DNA of 64,000 bases from a plasmid, in sequence record NZ_CP118944.1. One strand, given 5' to 3'. The notes below the pieces were generated by a model. The model was not told the DNA's origin and did not search any database. It worked only from the letters and a program-made list of their open reading frames with translations. A program made the position numbers and the translations under genes. This document shows positions 49,464 through 59,336 of this stretch, one piece after another (position 1 is the first letter of the stretch; each line of letters opens with the position of its first letter).

Positions 49464-50200
49464 TAAAATTCTCCTTTAAAGCCGGTGGCGACATTTAAAA
49501 ACTGGCGCGATAGATCGTCCGGGGTAATAAATCCGTAGGCGAGGGGTCGATAGGTATGCTGTTTTGGATCAACCAGAAAGATCGCAGGGAAAAACTTGAT
49601 GCCCATGCGTTGGCGTTGTCCTGAATCTAAACGGGACGTTGGCAGCGCCGGATTTAATACGCCATCCACAGAAACCGGAATAATGCTGATGTTGTTGTCT
49701 TTGGCGAAATTGGCAATGATGCTGCCCGCGAGATTGTCCAGTGGCATTTGACCTCGATAGAAAAAGAAAATGCCATATTGCGAGGCCAGCTTGGCAATGG
49801 CGGTCTGTTCTTTTTGCTTGTCCATGGCCAGCTGCTCTTTCACTGTGCCGTTGTAGTGACTGTATTTGAGGTTGTAATCAAGCTCTGGGTATTTGAGCAT
49901 GGCCGACTTGGCGCTCTGGGAAAATTGCCCCGCCCGCTCAGTCCAGAAATTTTGCCAGCGCATAAAGCGAGCAAAATTATCTGGTGAGCTATTCAAGATG
50001 GCATTATCCAGCGCTTCCTGAGTTGCTTTCTGATAGGCTTTTTTTAATTCGCTGGCCGATTTTTGTTTCGGGGCCGGTGCCTGCGGTTCGGTATTGTCCT
50101 GGGGCTCGTTATACCACTGCCAGCCCTGCGGCTCATTGCGCTCGGGGGCTGAGATGGCGGCAGAGACCGGCATGGCCAACATGAGCATGGCGGGCAACAT
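49463..50200 (-). CDS. traF: TraF (thioredoxin-like periplasmic pilus assembly protein)
   Basis: ~245 aa from M at 50200 (MLPAMLMLAMPVSAAISA… signal peptide), size as F TraF. The ORF track extends upstream through the REP-like repeat. Confidence 0.75.
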   Translation of the reverse strand: MLPAMLMLAMPVSAAISAPERNEPQGWQWYNEPQDNTEPQAPAPKQKSASELKKAYQKATQEALDNAILNSSPDNFARFMRWQNFWTERAGQFSQSAKSAMLKYPELDYNLKYSHYNGTVKEQLAMDKQKEQTAIAKLASQYGIFFFYRGQMPLDNLAGSIIANFAKDNNISIIPVSVDGVLNPALPTSRLDSGQRQRMGIKFFPAIFLVDPKQHTYRPLAYGFITPDDLSRQFLNVATGFKGEF

Positions 50201-50209
50201 CCACCCCCA

Positions 50210-50277
50210 CTGCCGCGCTACGCTTGCCTGCTGGCTCGCTCGGTGTGGCGAACGGATACCACACCTCAGAGCCCAGC
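50210..50277 (+). repeat. REP/MITE-like short repeat, copy 3 of 3, in the traN-traF intergenic gap
   Basis: CTGCCGCGCTACGCTTGCCTGCTGGCTCGCTCGGTGTGGCGAACGGATACCACACCTCAGAGCCCAGC. Confidence 0.6.
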
Positions 50278-50310
50278 CTGATATCTGTTGCATATTGCCG
50301 GTCGAGAGGC

Positions 50311-52173
50311 TCATTTTGCGCCTCCGGTCTGGTTGTTCACTTGGTCTTTGATCTGCTGCTGGACGCGCTGGAGCAGCGCATTGTCCTCGGGGACAGTGGA
50401 GCCGTTTTGCAGGTCTTCGTAGAAGTTACTGAAGTCGAGGTTGTCGAAGTTGATCGCCTGGAGTTGCTCGACGGTGATCCCGCGACAATCAGGTGAGGAT
50501 GCGCCACCAAAGCCGACCCCGAGCTGCCACTGTCGCCCTTGTTGCTGGACGATCTGCGCCAGTTTGGAATCAAAGATACAGTAGCTGCGCTTTTTCTCGA
50601 CGCAGACGCCAAGCACTTTCTTGCTGCAGAACTCGCCGATATCGATGGTGAGCTTGCGCTGGCGCGCCTCGCCAAGGGCTTTTTCCTCGCTGCTGCAGCT
50701 GGCTAATCCTATATCTTGACCCCAGCCTGAATCCTTACAGCAGTTACTGAAGCCAGCTGCAAACTTTTTACAAAATTGGGCCTTTCCTGTGAATGCACGA
50801 ACGTCTGCGCCATTGAGTTCTGCAACGTCCTTGCCCGCTGCAGCAACGGCTGCCAATTCAGAGACGGCCTTTTGAAAGGCGTTGTTTTTGCCTGCCTCCG
50901 CCTGTGCGCAGCTGCCGTCCTTACAGAAGAACGTCCCGCCGCACATAACACCGGATCCGGTAGTTTTGTGTTCGCAGGAATAGGTCAGGTTTTCATGCAG
51001 ACAGAAGCCATCGAGCTCATAAGCGCACTGTCGATTGGCAACGGTACAAGCAGGGTTATTAATATATTGACTGCATGAGCCTTCGCTTTGAGATTGAGTC
51101 AAATAAGAGTCTTTATAAGCCCAGCAATCGCTGTACATCGTGTATGGCTTGCCTTCTACATAAATAGTCCTGTTACCGCCTGGCTCGGTACATTGGGAGC
51201 CGGTTAATGCCCCCTCCGCCTTATTAAATGGGCAGTTTTCTTTCCATTCAATTCGGGGGGTGAACACTCTGTTTTCAACGTTCATAACCATATTCAACGT
51301 GAGAGATGAAAAAAAACTAAGTCCGGGGCAGCCATAGCCAACCAATGCACAAAGAATAATGTTGTTGATTGCTGTTTCATTACCATACCCAAGGTCGCCG
51401 GAGACGGCATTGCCGCCTTTCACATTTATGCCTGAAGGGTTGAGTGTGTGAGTCGAGTTTCTACCGAGCTTATCTATATACGTGTTTAAGAAGGACGACG
51501 ATGCATTTTGCATAAAGCCATTTGTGCCTCCAACAAAAAGCGTTGCGCTAATTATTTGGCCAGATTCTGGCGCAGTAAAATGGAAGCCAACGCGTGAACC
51601 ACTCATGTAGTAACTGAACTGGCTGGGCTGGATTGTTATGTATTTTTGAGCCCACCCACCACTCCAATCGCCGGTAATGGTGGCTGTTCTTGAGCAATAT
51701 TGATCGACCCTGGTGTCTCGTGAGCAAACATGGTTGGTGTATTCAGTATTTGTCACATCTTGTTCAACGCAGCCATCAAAACTGCCATCTGTCACGCTTT
51801 CGGCTTTGTCCTGAGCATCAGTACCCACAGAGATGAAAGGTGCATCCATGCTGGGTTTGTTGTCGGATGGCGTATTCAGGATGGACTCAGTAATGGCCTT
51901 GCCTGCGTCTGATTGGTTCAGGGCGGCATTACCTTGTGAAGTCAGATCGGTAGATGAATTGGTTACACCACCGTAATAACCAGATTCAGTTGGGGTACTG
52001 GTGTAGTTTGGCAGGGCCGCTGCAGGGTCAAAGCCGCTGATTGCCGACTGTTCTTGGCCTTTGATGCCTTTGGCAAACTCGCTGCCCTGGTTGTACTGCT
52101 CATTAGCGGTAACTGGGACAGAGAATGACATCGCAGCCAAAAAAAGCGTCAAGAGCGGGCGAGAAAATGTCAT
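50311..52173 (-). CDS. traN: TraN (Cys-rich outer-membrane mating-pair stabilisation protein)
   Basis: 620 aa, signal peptide, numerous conserved Cys in the C-terminal half, position before traF. Confidence 0.88.
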   Translation of the reverse strand: MTFSRPLLTLFLAAMSFSVPVTANEQYNQGSEFAKGIKGQEQSAISGFDPAAALPNYTSTPTESGYYGGVTNSSTDLTSQGNAALNQSDAGKAITESILNTPSDNKPSMDAPFISVGTDAQDKAESVTDGSFDGCVEQDVTNTEYTNHVCSRDTRVDQYCSRTATITGDWSGGWAQKYITIQPSQFSYYMSGSRVGFHFTAPESGQIISATLFVGGTNGFMQNASSSFLNTYIDKLGRNSTHTLNPSGINVKGGNAVSGDLGYGNETAINNIILCALVGYGCPGLSFFSSLTLNMVMNVENRVFTPRIEWKENCPFNKAEGALTGSQCTEPGGNRTIYVEGKPYTMYSDCWAYKDSYLTQSQSEGSCSQYINNPACTVANRQCAYELDGFCLHENLTYSCEHKTTGSGVMCGGTFFCKDGSCAQAEAGKNNAFQKAVSELAAVAAAGKDVAELNGADVRAFTGKAQFCKKFAAGFSNCCKDSGWGQDIGLASCSSEEKALGEARQRKLTIDIGEFCSKKVLGVCVEKKRSYCIFDSKLAQIVQQQGRQWQLGVGFGGASSPDCRGITVEQLQAINFDNLDFSNFYEDLQNGSTVPEDNALLQRVQQQIKDQVNNQTGGAK

Positions 52174-52190
52174 TGGATTGCTCCTTGCGA

Positions 52191-52805
52191 TTAGGGGTGT
52201 GCGGCCAAGATGGCTTTGGCTGTGTCGGCACAGTCACCAGACTCTGCCACTTTGGTCAGGGCCTGTTGCAGGGCAAGGTTGCCCGCAATGCGGTCATAGG
52301 TCTCACCACAGGTCACCACCAGGGCGGGGACGGCATTGATGCCGTAGCGACGAAACGCCTGGGGATCGATTTGCACCCCGCCGCGCTGGTCTTCATTGAC
52401 CAGCTGCAAGACCGCGTTAGCTGTCTGGCGCATGTCGTTATTGACCATGCCGCGCAACGTGGCGGGGATCCCGAACCGGTCGGCGTCCAGAATGAGGCGC
52501 TTAAGCCCGGTTTTCGGGATGGAAAAAGAGACAAAGTAGAGCGCTTGGGGCACCGGTTTGGCCCCGGCGGCAGCCTGTTGTTGGCGGGCCAGGGATTGCG
52601 CCCACTGGCTATCGGTATTGTTCATCTGTCCACTGCTCTGCTGGCCCAGTTCGCTGGCCGCTTGCTGGTGCGCGTTACCCGGTGGATTGGCAATGAGCCC
52701 GTCAATAAATTGCTGTGCGTGGGCCAGGTCAGTTTGTGCCGGATCTGCGGCGTATGCCGGACAGATCAGCATGCCGAGCAGGGTGAAGATCAAGGGACGT
52801 GTCAT
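52191..52805 (-). CDS. trbC: TrbC (periplasmic pilus assembly protein)
   Basis: 204 aa, signal peptide, position traU-trbC-traN. Confidence 0.75.
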   Translation of the reverse strand: MTRPLIFTLLGMLICPAYAADPAQTDLAHAQQFIDGLIANPPGNAHQQAASELGQQSSGQMNNTDSQWAQSLARQQQAAAGAKPVPQALYFVSFSIPKTGLKRLILDADRFGIPATLRGMVNNDMRQTANAVLQLVNEDQRGGVQIDPQAFRRYGINAVPALVVTCGETYDRIAGNLALQQALTKVAESGDCADTAKAILAAHP

Positions 52806-52814
52806 CGGTCATCC

Positions 52815-53801
52815 TTACAAAAATACGCAGTTGCGTTTGCGCCACATCAGATAGCCGAAGTTCTTTCGGTCATTGGGCATGTTGTGGCCGGTGCCCCACA
52901 GGGTGGTGGTTTTGCCAAAGGGGTGGCAGGCCGCCACGTCCGGGTGGACGTTGACCATCTGATAACGCCAGCGCTCTTTGGGCACGATGGCCGAGGGGTA
53001 TTCAAAACAGACGGCGCGATCCTTGCCGACAGAGTTCATGATCATGCCCTGGCGGTGGAGCTTGGCTGCCATCCGCTCGGAGAGCAGGATGGAGGACTGC
53101 ATAGGGCTGAATTCGTTGCTGACGTAGCCGGTGAAGGGATACATGGAGCCGTGCGCGCCGGCACACCAAAAGAGCGCGTCGATGGGCTTGCCAAAGGCAC
53201 TGGCCATGGCATCAGCAGCGCAGGCCCCCTGGGCAATCACGTTGTTAAACAGCATGGCCTCGGGGCTCAAAATGAGCGCGATAGATGAGTCATTCCAGGT
53301 GGGATCAAGCTCGGAGAGGTAACCGATATCCATGTCGCCGCCCTGCAGGCAGCCCATGGAGGTGATGATGTTGAGCCAGTAGGTCAGCGGGTATTTGTAC
53401 CAGTGAACGTGATAAAACGCGCCCGCGACATCCTTGTCACTCTGTCCAGCTGTCCCGGTGCCTACTTTGCCAATCCCCAGACTGATCCCGCCCATATTGA
53501 CCAGGCAATAGGGGGCACGGGTCACATCGGTGAGCGCCATCGGCTCCCAATACCCGATAGCGAGGCCTACGCGATACAAGATCCCCATTGGGCAGATCTG
53601 GATAGGCATGGACGGATTGCTGGTATCCGGCGCGGGGCCAGACATGAGGGCGACGCTACCAATCGAGATGGGGAACAGGCATTCCCAACAGACGTCGGTA
53701 ATAGGGTTCACAAAGTTGCCCTGGCACTCGGCATCGGCTGCACCCGCAGAGGGCGAGAGCAAGGCGGCGCACAGCATGATGGCAAGCAGGGGGTGTTTCA
53801 T
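52815..53801 (-). CDS. traU: TraU
   Basis: 328 aa, signal peptide, conserved Cys-rich N-terminal region (CQGNFVNPITDVCWECLFPISIG), size as F TraU (330 aa). Confidence 0.88.
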   Translation of the reverse strand: MKHPLLAIMLCAALLSPSAGAADAECQGNFVNPITDVCWECLFPISIGSVALMSGPAPDTSNPSMPIQICPMGILYRVGLAIGYWEPMALTDVTRAPYCLVNMGGISLGIGKVGTGTAGQSDKDVAGAFYHVHWYKYPLTYWLNIITSMGCLQGGDMDIGYLSELDPTWNDSSIALILSPEAMLFNNVIAQGACAADAMASAFGKPIDALFWCAGAHGSMYPFTGYVSNEFSPMQSSILLSERMAAKLHRQGMIMNSVGKDRAVCFEYPSAIVPKERWRYQMVNVHPDVAACHPFGKTTTLWGTGHNMPNDRKNFGYLMWRKRNCVFL

Positions 53802-54427
53802 GGCCGTGGCTCCAGGGTGAAGGTGTCGACCTGCAGACGCAGTCCGCCAGGGGCCGCGCTCACTTTGGCGGGCACTGCCGTCAGGGCAAACTTGCGGCTC
53901 AATACGCCCTCCTGGTCGAAGTAGATGCGGGTGTCGAGCGTGTTGGTGGCCTTGCGAATATCGCCGTTGACCAGGATCACCTTGTAGATGAGCGTGGCGG
54001 GACGTTGTTTGCGCATCCAGGACACCTGGCGAGGATCATCGGCATCGATAAAGTAGAGGGTTTGGGTAAAGGGCACGGTGGCCAGCGGGTTGACCTTGTC
54101 GCCCTGATGGGCAAAGACTTGCCCCTTGTCGTCGGCGATGTCCTGGCTGACGGTAAAGGTGGGATCGACAAAATGGGTACTGTCCTTGCTCGCCAGGGTG
54201 AGCCCGGTGACCGGTGTCGGGCGCAGGCTGTTCTTGATCACCCGCTGCTTGAATGCCTCCTGTTGCTCGGCAAGTTCGCCACTCTCCTGCATGGCCTGCA
54301 GGCGGTCATGGATAGTGGTCAGCATATCCGGCTCGGTGATGGGGTAGAGATCGCCCCAGGTGCCCAGATTGGCAGCATGGGCCTGACCACCGAGGGCCAG
54401 CGCGATGTACAGGCAGGCGACCCTCAT
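53798..54427 (-). CDS. traW: TraW
   Basis: 209 aa (F TraW 210 aa), signal peptide, position trbI-traW-traU. Confidence 0.8.
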   Translation of the reverse strand: MRVACLYIALALGGQAHAANLGTWGDLYPITEPDMLTTIHDRLQAMQESGELAEQQEAFKQRVIKNSLRPTPVTGLTLASKDSTHFVDPTFTVSQDIADDKGQVFAHQGDKVNPLATVPFTQTLYFIDADDPRQVSWMRKQRPATLIYKVILVNGDIRKATNTLDTRIYFDQEGVLSRKFALTAVPAKVSAAPGGLRLQVDTFTLEPRP

Positions 54428-54861
54428 TGCGCCCCCTCATGCCAGGTGGTGGCTGGCTGGGCAAGCTGCGCTCGCATCCGGGTGGCGATGTCGTGCTGGA
54501 TAGTGCGGGTAATGTCATCGGCCCCCCGTACCACCGAGGGGGAAACCAGGATGAGCGCGCGGTGCTCCTGCTGCCAGGCGGAGAGGCTGGCATCTAGCGC
54601 CTGGGTAAAGCGGGCAACCAGTTGCTTGCTTTGCGCTTCGGTCAGGGACTGGCTGGCCGATTGCTCCATGAACTGATCGATGGTGCCCTTCATATCAAAG
54701 GCCACCGGGGTTGGCGTACGGTGCAGGGCCAGCCAGCCGGTTGCAGCCAGGTTGAGGGCGGTCAGCACCGCCAGTGCCAGCATCCATCCCAGGGCAGTGC
54801 GCCGGGGGGCTCTGGTTGCGGGGGCGTTGTCCGTGGGCGGCGGGGGGATTAATGGTGCCAT
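54424..54861 (-). CDS. trbI: TrbI-like inner-membrane protein
   Basis: 145 aa, single TM (WMLALAVLTALNLAATGWLAL), position after traC. Confidence 0.55.
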   Translation of the reverse strand: MAPLIPPPPTDNAPATRAPRRTALGWMLALAVLTALNLAATGWLALHRTPTPVAFDMKGTIDQFMEQSASQSLTEAQSKQLVARFTQALDASLSAWQQEHRALILVSPSVVRGADDITRTIQHDIATRMRAQLAQPATTWHEGAQ

Positions 54862-57434
54862 GATGCAAGGGCCTCCATTTCGTCGGGAAAGCGCAGCAGT
54901 GCCAGCTCATAGACCGCGTCGTGAATGTCGACGCCTTCGGCTCGGCGCTGTTGCAGAAACTCGAAGTCCTTGCCGTTGGAGCTGAACATGGCGCGAGAGA
55001 GGGGGTCGACAAACAGCCGGTGGAACGAACTGGTGTCATTGATGCGCAGCATGAAGGAGCTGAACCACTGATCCTTGGCATCGCCAAAGCGGCTGATGGC
55101 CAGGCGCTCGAGCTCGCTGAACTGATTGGGGCGGTTCTGGTTGTAGATCTTGAACTCGCTCGCATCCTGCTTGAGGACGACCTTGAACGCCGAGTTGCCC
55201 CAGGCCGCTTTGGCGGCACTGCTGGCGTCATCGGCATCAAAGTCTTTGATGTTTTGCGAGATAGTGATGAACGAGCCGGTATGACGGCGCACGGTGCGAT
55301 AACCGGTTTCGATGAACGACCCCACCTTGTCGTTTTTGAAGTTAAGGAGCTTCCAGCCCTCATCGATGCAGCACACCTTTTTCAGGCTGCGGTCGGAGCG
55401 ATACATCTTGTCCTCGATATAGATGATGAGCGAGAACATCACGGCGACCAGCAAGGAGGGTTTGTCCTGCAGGCCACCGAGCTCGAGCACCACCATGTTG
55501 GCATCGTCCGTCAGCGAGGGGCTGTCTGAGTTGAAGAACTCCCCGTAAATACCGGTTGAGCAATATTTGCCGAGCAGCTCGATGATCTCGTCCATGCGCG
55601 AGGTGATGGAGGCCGAATTGGCATAGTGCTCATGGTCGCGTTCGGTTTTTAAAAACGCCACCACATCATCGATACGGGCTTTTTGTTGCTTGACGTTCCA
55701 GGCGTTGAGGATCCCGCGCAGCAACAGATCTTCATGCACTTCATCGAGTTTGCCGTTAGGGCTGGCCAGTACCGACAGCTGATCACGGATCCGCTCACCG
55801 GAGGCATGAATATTGGTGATGTTGGCAAAGGGGTTGAACTTGAGGTTCTGGCCGTCGAGATAGGTGCCGCCGACGTTTTCACAAAAGCTCTTGTAGCCAT
55901 CCCCCATGTCAAACACCCAGACCGAACCGCCTGAATCGAGCACACTGCGCAAGATGGGTTGCACCAGGCCGGTTTTACCGGCCCCGGAGGTCCCGCTGAC
56001 CGCCATGTTGTAGTTGGTGTTGCCAAGGCCAGTGTCGAAAATATCGAGAAAGGCCAACTGGTTACGGTAGGAGGGGGCGAGCAGGCCACTTTGGCACAGC
56101 CGGTTATCGGCGACCAGCGGCAGCAGGTTGACCGCCTGGGTGCTTTCGGCGCGGGAGGTGGCCCCGGAGGCTTTCAGATCATCCCACAATCCCTCACCGG
56201 CACAGAACGGGAACATGGCCAGGTAGTTGCGCATCTGCATGAAAACCGGGCTGTAGAGGTGCAGGCCGTTTTTCTTGAAGGTGTTGATCACCTGTTGTTC
56301 ACAGATGAGGGCCGCCTCTTCATCATCGGGACAAAATGCGGTCAGGTTGAAGAAATAGCGCACCAGACAGCTGCTATTGCTGTTGAGGTTTTCCCGCAGC
56401 GCCCCCCACTCCTGGGCCTGTTTGCCCACGCCGGGAAAGAGCTTGCCATAAGGGGAGTTGGCCTTTTTATCGAGGTCGAAGAATTTGCGAGTGGCTTCGT
56501 TTTGGGTGGACACCTGCTCCTCGGCTTCCAGGGTCATGGTCAGCACAAAGGGGCTGGCCACGCAGAGATCGGGGCTGAGCAGGTTGCTGATGTTATCCCC
56601 CCCTTGCCAGAGCATGAACAGGTCCGGGTTTTGCTCCAGCATGAAATTCATGATCCGGGCACGGGATTTTTGGCCATCACCCGCATCCAGGGTTAGCAGC
56701 AGATAATCCGGTTTCACTTCGAGACTGGTGCTGCGGTCAAGGCACTGAAAATTGAGCTCATCGTACTGTTGGAGGTTTTTGGGCGTGGCGATGATCTGCT
56801 CGGGCCGGTGGTTGGCCATCTGGTTGATGATGTTCACGAATGCCGTCTGGTCTACTTGCGCGGTGGCGATCTTGGCGGATTCCAGGGATGCGCGAACAAT
56901 TTTGAGCAGGTGGCTCAGCTCGGTAATAGCGGTCTTGTCGAGTTTTTTGGCTTTGGCGCAATAGGAGATATAGACCCGATAATCGCGCAAGGTCAGCGGC
57001 AAATTGGTGGGGCTGCCGAACCGGCCATGGGCCGCGCTGTGGTAAAAGGCCCGCGTGATGCGGTTAAAGCGCTCGGCATGTTTCCCTTGCCAACTGAATT
57101 GGGCAATGCCGTGATCAATCTGGTCACCAATAACCTTGGTCGACACCAGATGCACCGAGATAGGCACCTTGCGTGGCAGTTTGCTTTTGACCAGATCATC
57201 GAGCACCTGGACGATGTGCTCATTCGCCCCGATGAGGGGGGTGGCTTCGAGCATAAAGCCGACCGTGCTTTTGTTCACGTATAGCCCGCTATCGGCATCG
57301 TAAAAGCGATATGGCAACATACTGGATAGCTGGGGATAGTGCAGGTCGCCCAATATCTTATTGGCTTGCACCGCACCTACCGGTTTTTTGATGGCAGCCA
57401 AAAGGCGCTCAACGGTTGCAGTAATCACATCCAT
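54849..57434 (-). CDS. traC: TraC (VirB4-family T4SS ATPase)
   Basis: 861 aa, Walker A GTSGAGKTG, size as F TraC (875 aa). Confidence 0.93.
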   Translation of the reverse strand: MDVITATVERLLAAIKKPVGAVQANKILGDLHYPQLSSMLPYRFYDADSGLYVNKSTVGFMLEATPLIGANEHIVQVLDDLVKSKLPRKVPISVHLVSTKVIGDQIDHGIAQFSWQGKHAERFNRITRAFYHSAAHGRFGSPTNLPLTLRDYRVYISYCAKAKKLDKTAITELSHLLKIVRASLESAKIATAQVDQTAFVNIINQMANHRPEQIIATPKNLQQYDELNFQCLDRSTSLEVKPDYLLLTLDAGDGQKSRARIMNFMLEQNPDLFMLWQGGDNISNLLSPDLCVASPFVLTMTLEAEEQVSTQNEATRKFFDLDKKANSPYGKLFPGVGKQAQEWGALRENLNSNSSCLVRYFFNLTAFCPDDEEAALICEQQVINTFKKNGLHLYSPVFMQMRNYLAMFPFCAGEGLWDDLKASGATSRAESTQAVNLLPLVADNRLCQSGLLAPSYRNQLAFLDIFDTGLGNTNYNMAVSGTSGAGKTGLVQPILRSVLDSGGSVWVFDMGDGYKSFCENVGGTYLDGQNLKFNPFANITNIHASGERIRDQLSVLASPNGKLDEVHEDLLLRGILNAWNVKQQKARIDDVVAFLKTERDHEHYANSASITSRMDEIIELLGKYCSTGIYGEFFNSDSPSLTDDANMVVLELGGLQDKPSLLVAVMFSLIIYIEDKMYRSDRSLKKVCCIDEGWKLLNFKNDKVGSFIETGYRTVRRHTGSFITISQNIKDFDADDASSAAKAAWGNSAFKVVLKQDASEFKIYNQNRPNQFSELERLAISRFGDAKDQWFSSFMLRINDTSSFHRLFVDPLSRAMFSSNGKDFEFLQQRRAEGVDIHDAVYELALLRFPDEMEALASWHH

Positions 57435-57444
57435 AACAGACTCC

Positions 57445-57996
57445 TTACTTTAACTGCTGCGGTAACTGCCAGGTGCCTGGCGTGACCACAAAGGAGACCC
57501 GTCCGGGCTGGTGAAACACGTCCGAGGCATCAATCCAGGGGGCGATCCAGACCGAAGCCGTGGCATCTATCAGCCGCAGGGGCGTGGCTTCGCCCAGATT
57601 GTCGCAACGCGGCGGCGCACAGACTTCATTGCTCAACACGGGCAACATAGTGCGCAGCGGTGAGGACGACGGCGCACCGGTGGTGAGCGGGCGCGGCGTC
57701 GGGCTGATGCGCGCTGACGGGGGCATCGTGGTCGCAGATTGGGCGGGCACGGTGGTCATGACGGGGGTTTCGAGCGGCGAGACAGAGGGGGCTGGCAACT
57801 CAACCAGGGCGGGCAACCCGCCCGCAGCCTGCTTTCCCCTGGTGTCCCCTCCGGTCTTTTTGCGGGCCATCTCGTTCGCCTGCTCCATGGTCATGCAACG
57901 GTCACTGGTGGTGGCATTGCATTCAAACTCGCTGGCGCTACCCGCACACCCGCCCAGCAGGGCGCAGAACACGGACAGGCATAAAAATCGTTTCAT
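57445..57996 (-). CDS. traV: TraV-like outer-membrane lipoprotein
   Basis: The lipobox LLGGCAG follows MKRFLCLSVFCA, and there is a Pro/Ser/Thr-rich linker. Position traB-traV-traC. Confidence 0.65.
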   Translation of the reverse strand: MKRFLCLSVFCALLGGCAGSASEFECNATTSDRCMTMEQANEMARKKTGGDTRGKQAAGGLPALVELPAPSVSPLETPVMTTVPAQSATTMPPSARISPTPRPLTTGAPSSSPLRTMLPVLSNEVCAPPRCDNLGEATPLRLIDATASVWIAPWIDASDVFHQPGRVSFVVTPGTWQLPQQLK

Positions 57997-58007
57997 GGTG
58001 GTTATCC

Positions 58008-59336
58008 TCATTGATGGAGTGGGGGGTCAACGAGATCGCCCACTTTCATGTCTTTGAATGAACGGGCGACACTGGGATCGGCTAATACATCGTCCTGTTG
58101 TGGCACCGGCGCTTTATTGGCTTTTTTGAGTGCGGCCTCGGCGATGGTTTCGAGCTGGAACCCGTCTTGAAACACCATCGTGACTTCATTGCCCGCACCA
58201 ATCGGGATGATGGGGTGGTACTGCTCGGCGCGTTTGATGTAGTAGTCAGAGAGGGTTTTGGCCGCCTGTCCCGCGCCGCCGCCTATGCCTGCTTTGGCTA
58301 TGTCGCCGCCGTTCATGGTCGCGGTAGCCCCGATACCCACTTGCGGACTGGCTGATTTTTCGATGCCCTTACCCACGCCATCAATGAAGCCTGCCCCCCA
58401 GGCCCAGCCCAGGATCTGGCCGTTACGCATAATGACCTCGCCCTTGATGCCGTTTTTTCCCATGAACGAGACGTGACCGGCGATCTTCTGGTCGATCACG
58501 TCGTTGCTCTTTTTACAGCTGATCCCGCGTGTGCGGACGATGGCCCGCTCACTGGAGACATCCCCCCACGCTTCCAGGGTGACAAAACAGCCGGTCAGGT
58601 CGTATTCGTGATCGTTTGGCATTTGCACTTTGCCAGTCAGGCGTAGTTGCATCGGGGAGGTGTTCTGCTGCCCGGTGACGGCGGCGTTGGTATCTGCCCC
58701 CTCAATGACAACCGCCTTGGCAAATGATCCGGACGGAATGTAGGGGTACCTGGGGGCCTGGCTGGGCTGGTCATCGTCATAACTGAACGTGGTGGAATCG
58801 ATGGCATTGACCGGCTGCACCGGGGCCATTGGTTGAATGGTCATTTGCCCTGGCTGGACGTTACCCATGCCGGGATAAAAGGCGGTTGGCGGCGGGATGT
58901 CGCCGTTGGCCATTTGCGCCGGATTTACCGAGCTGGGGGCGGGTTCGCCAGTGGGGGCCTGTAGCGAGGGGCCGGAGGCGGTGGCGGCTTTGAGCTCCTT
59001 GTTTTCGGCTTCCAGTGAGGCCAGACGCTCCTGATCATTTTTGCGCTCACGGGACATCATGGCCATTTCTGTGCGCATGGTGGCCAGCTCCTGGCGCACT
59101 TCCTTGTTGATGAGCTGAAACTCGGTGACAGCCGACTGCTGTACCTTGTCATCAAATTGGGCATTGACGACCCCGGTCATGTCCGGGGCTGGTTCGCTTT
59201 GGGCCGCCTTGGCGGCGTTGCGTTGATCCATGGTGGACAGATACCACCCACCCGCACCGCCAGCGACGACGATCAGCGCGACGGATGAGGCGAGCATGAT
59301 CTGTTTGCGCTTGGTTATCGCATTAATGTTGGCCAT
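58008..59336 (-). CDS. traB: TraB (VirB10-like)
   Basis: 442 aa, N-terminal TM, coiled-coil, Pro-rich region, C-terminal beta-rich domain. Position traK-traB. Confidence 0.88.
   Translation of the reverse strand: MANINAITKRKQIMLASSVALIVVAGGAGGWYLSTMDQRNAAKAAQSEPAPDMTGVVNAQFDDKVQQSAVTEFQLINKEVRQELATMRTEMAMMSRERKNDQERLASLEAENKELKAATASGPSLQAPTGEPAPSSVNPAQMANGDIPPPTAFYPGMGNVQPGQMTIQPMAPVQPVNAIDSTTFSYDDDQPSQAPRYPYIPSGSFAKAVVIEGADTNAAVTGQQNTSPMQLRLTGKVQMPNDHEYDLTGCFVTLEAWGDVSSERAIVRTRGISCKKSNDVIDQKIAGHVSFMGKNGIKGEVIMRNGQILGWAWGAGFIDGVGKGIEKSASPQVGIGATATMNGGDIAKAGIGGGAGQAAKTLSDYYIKRAEQYHPIIPIGAGNEVTMVFQDGFQLETIAEAALKKANKAPVPQQDDVLADPSVARSFKDMKVGDLVDPPLHQ

Noticed and set aside
52125-57284. Plus-strand ORFs up to 387 aa (52125-53288, 54005-54676, 55959-56696, 56769-57284) opposite trbC/traU/traW/traC
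   Set aside because: Same reasoning: antisense shadows of conserved F-like tra genes.
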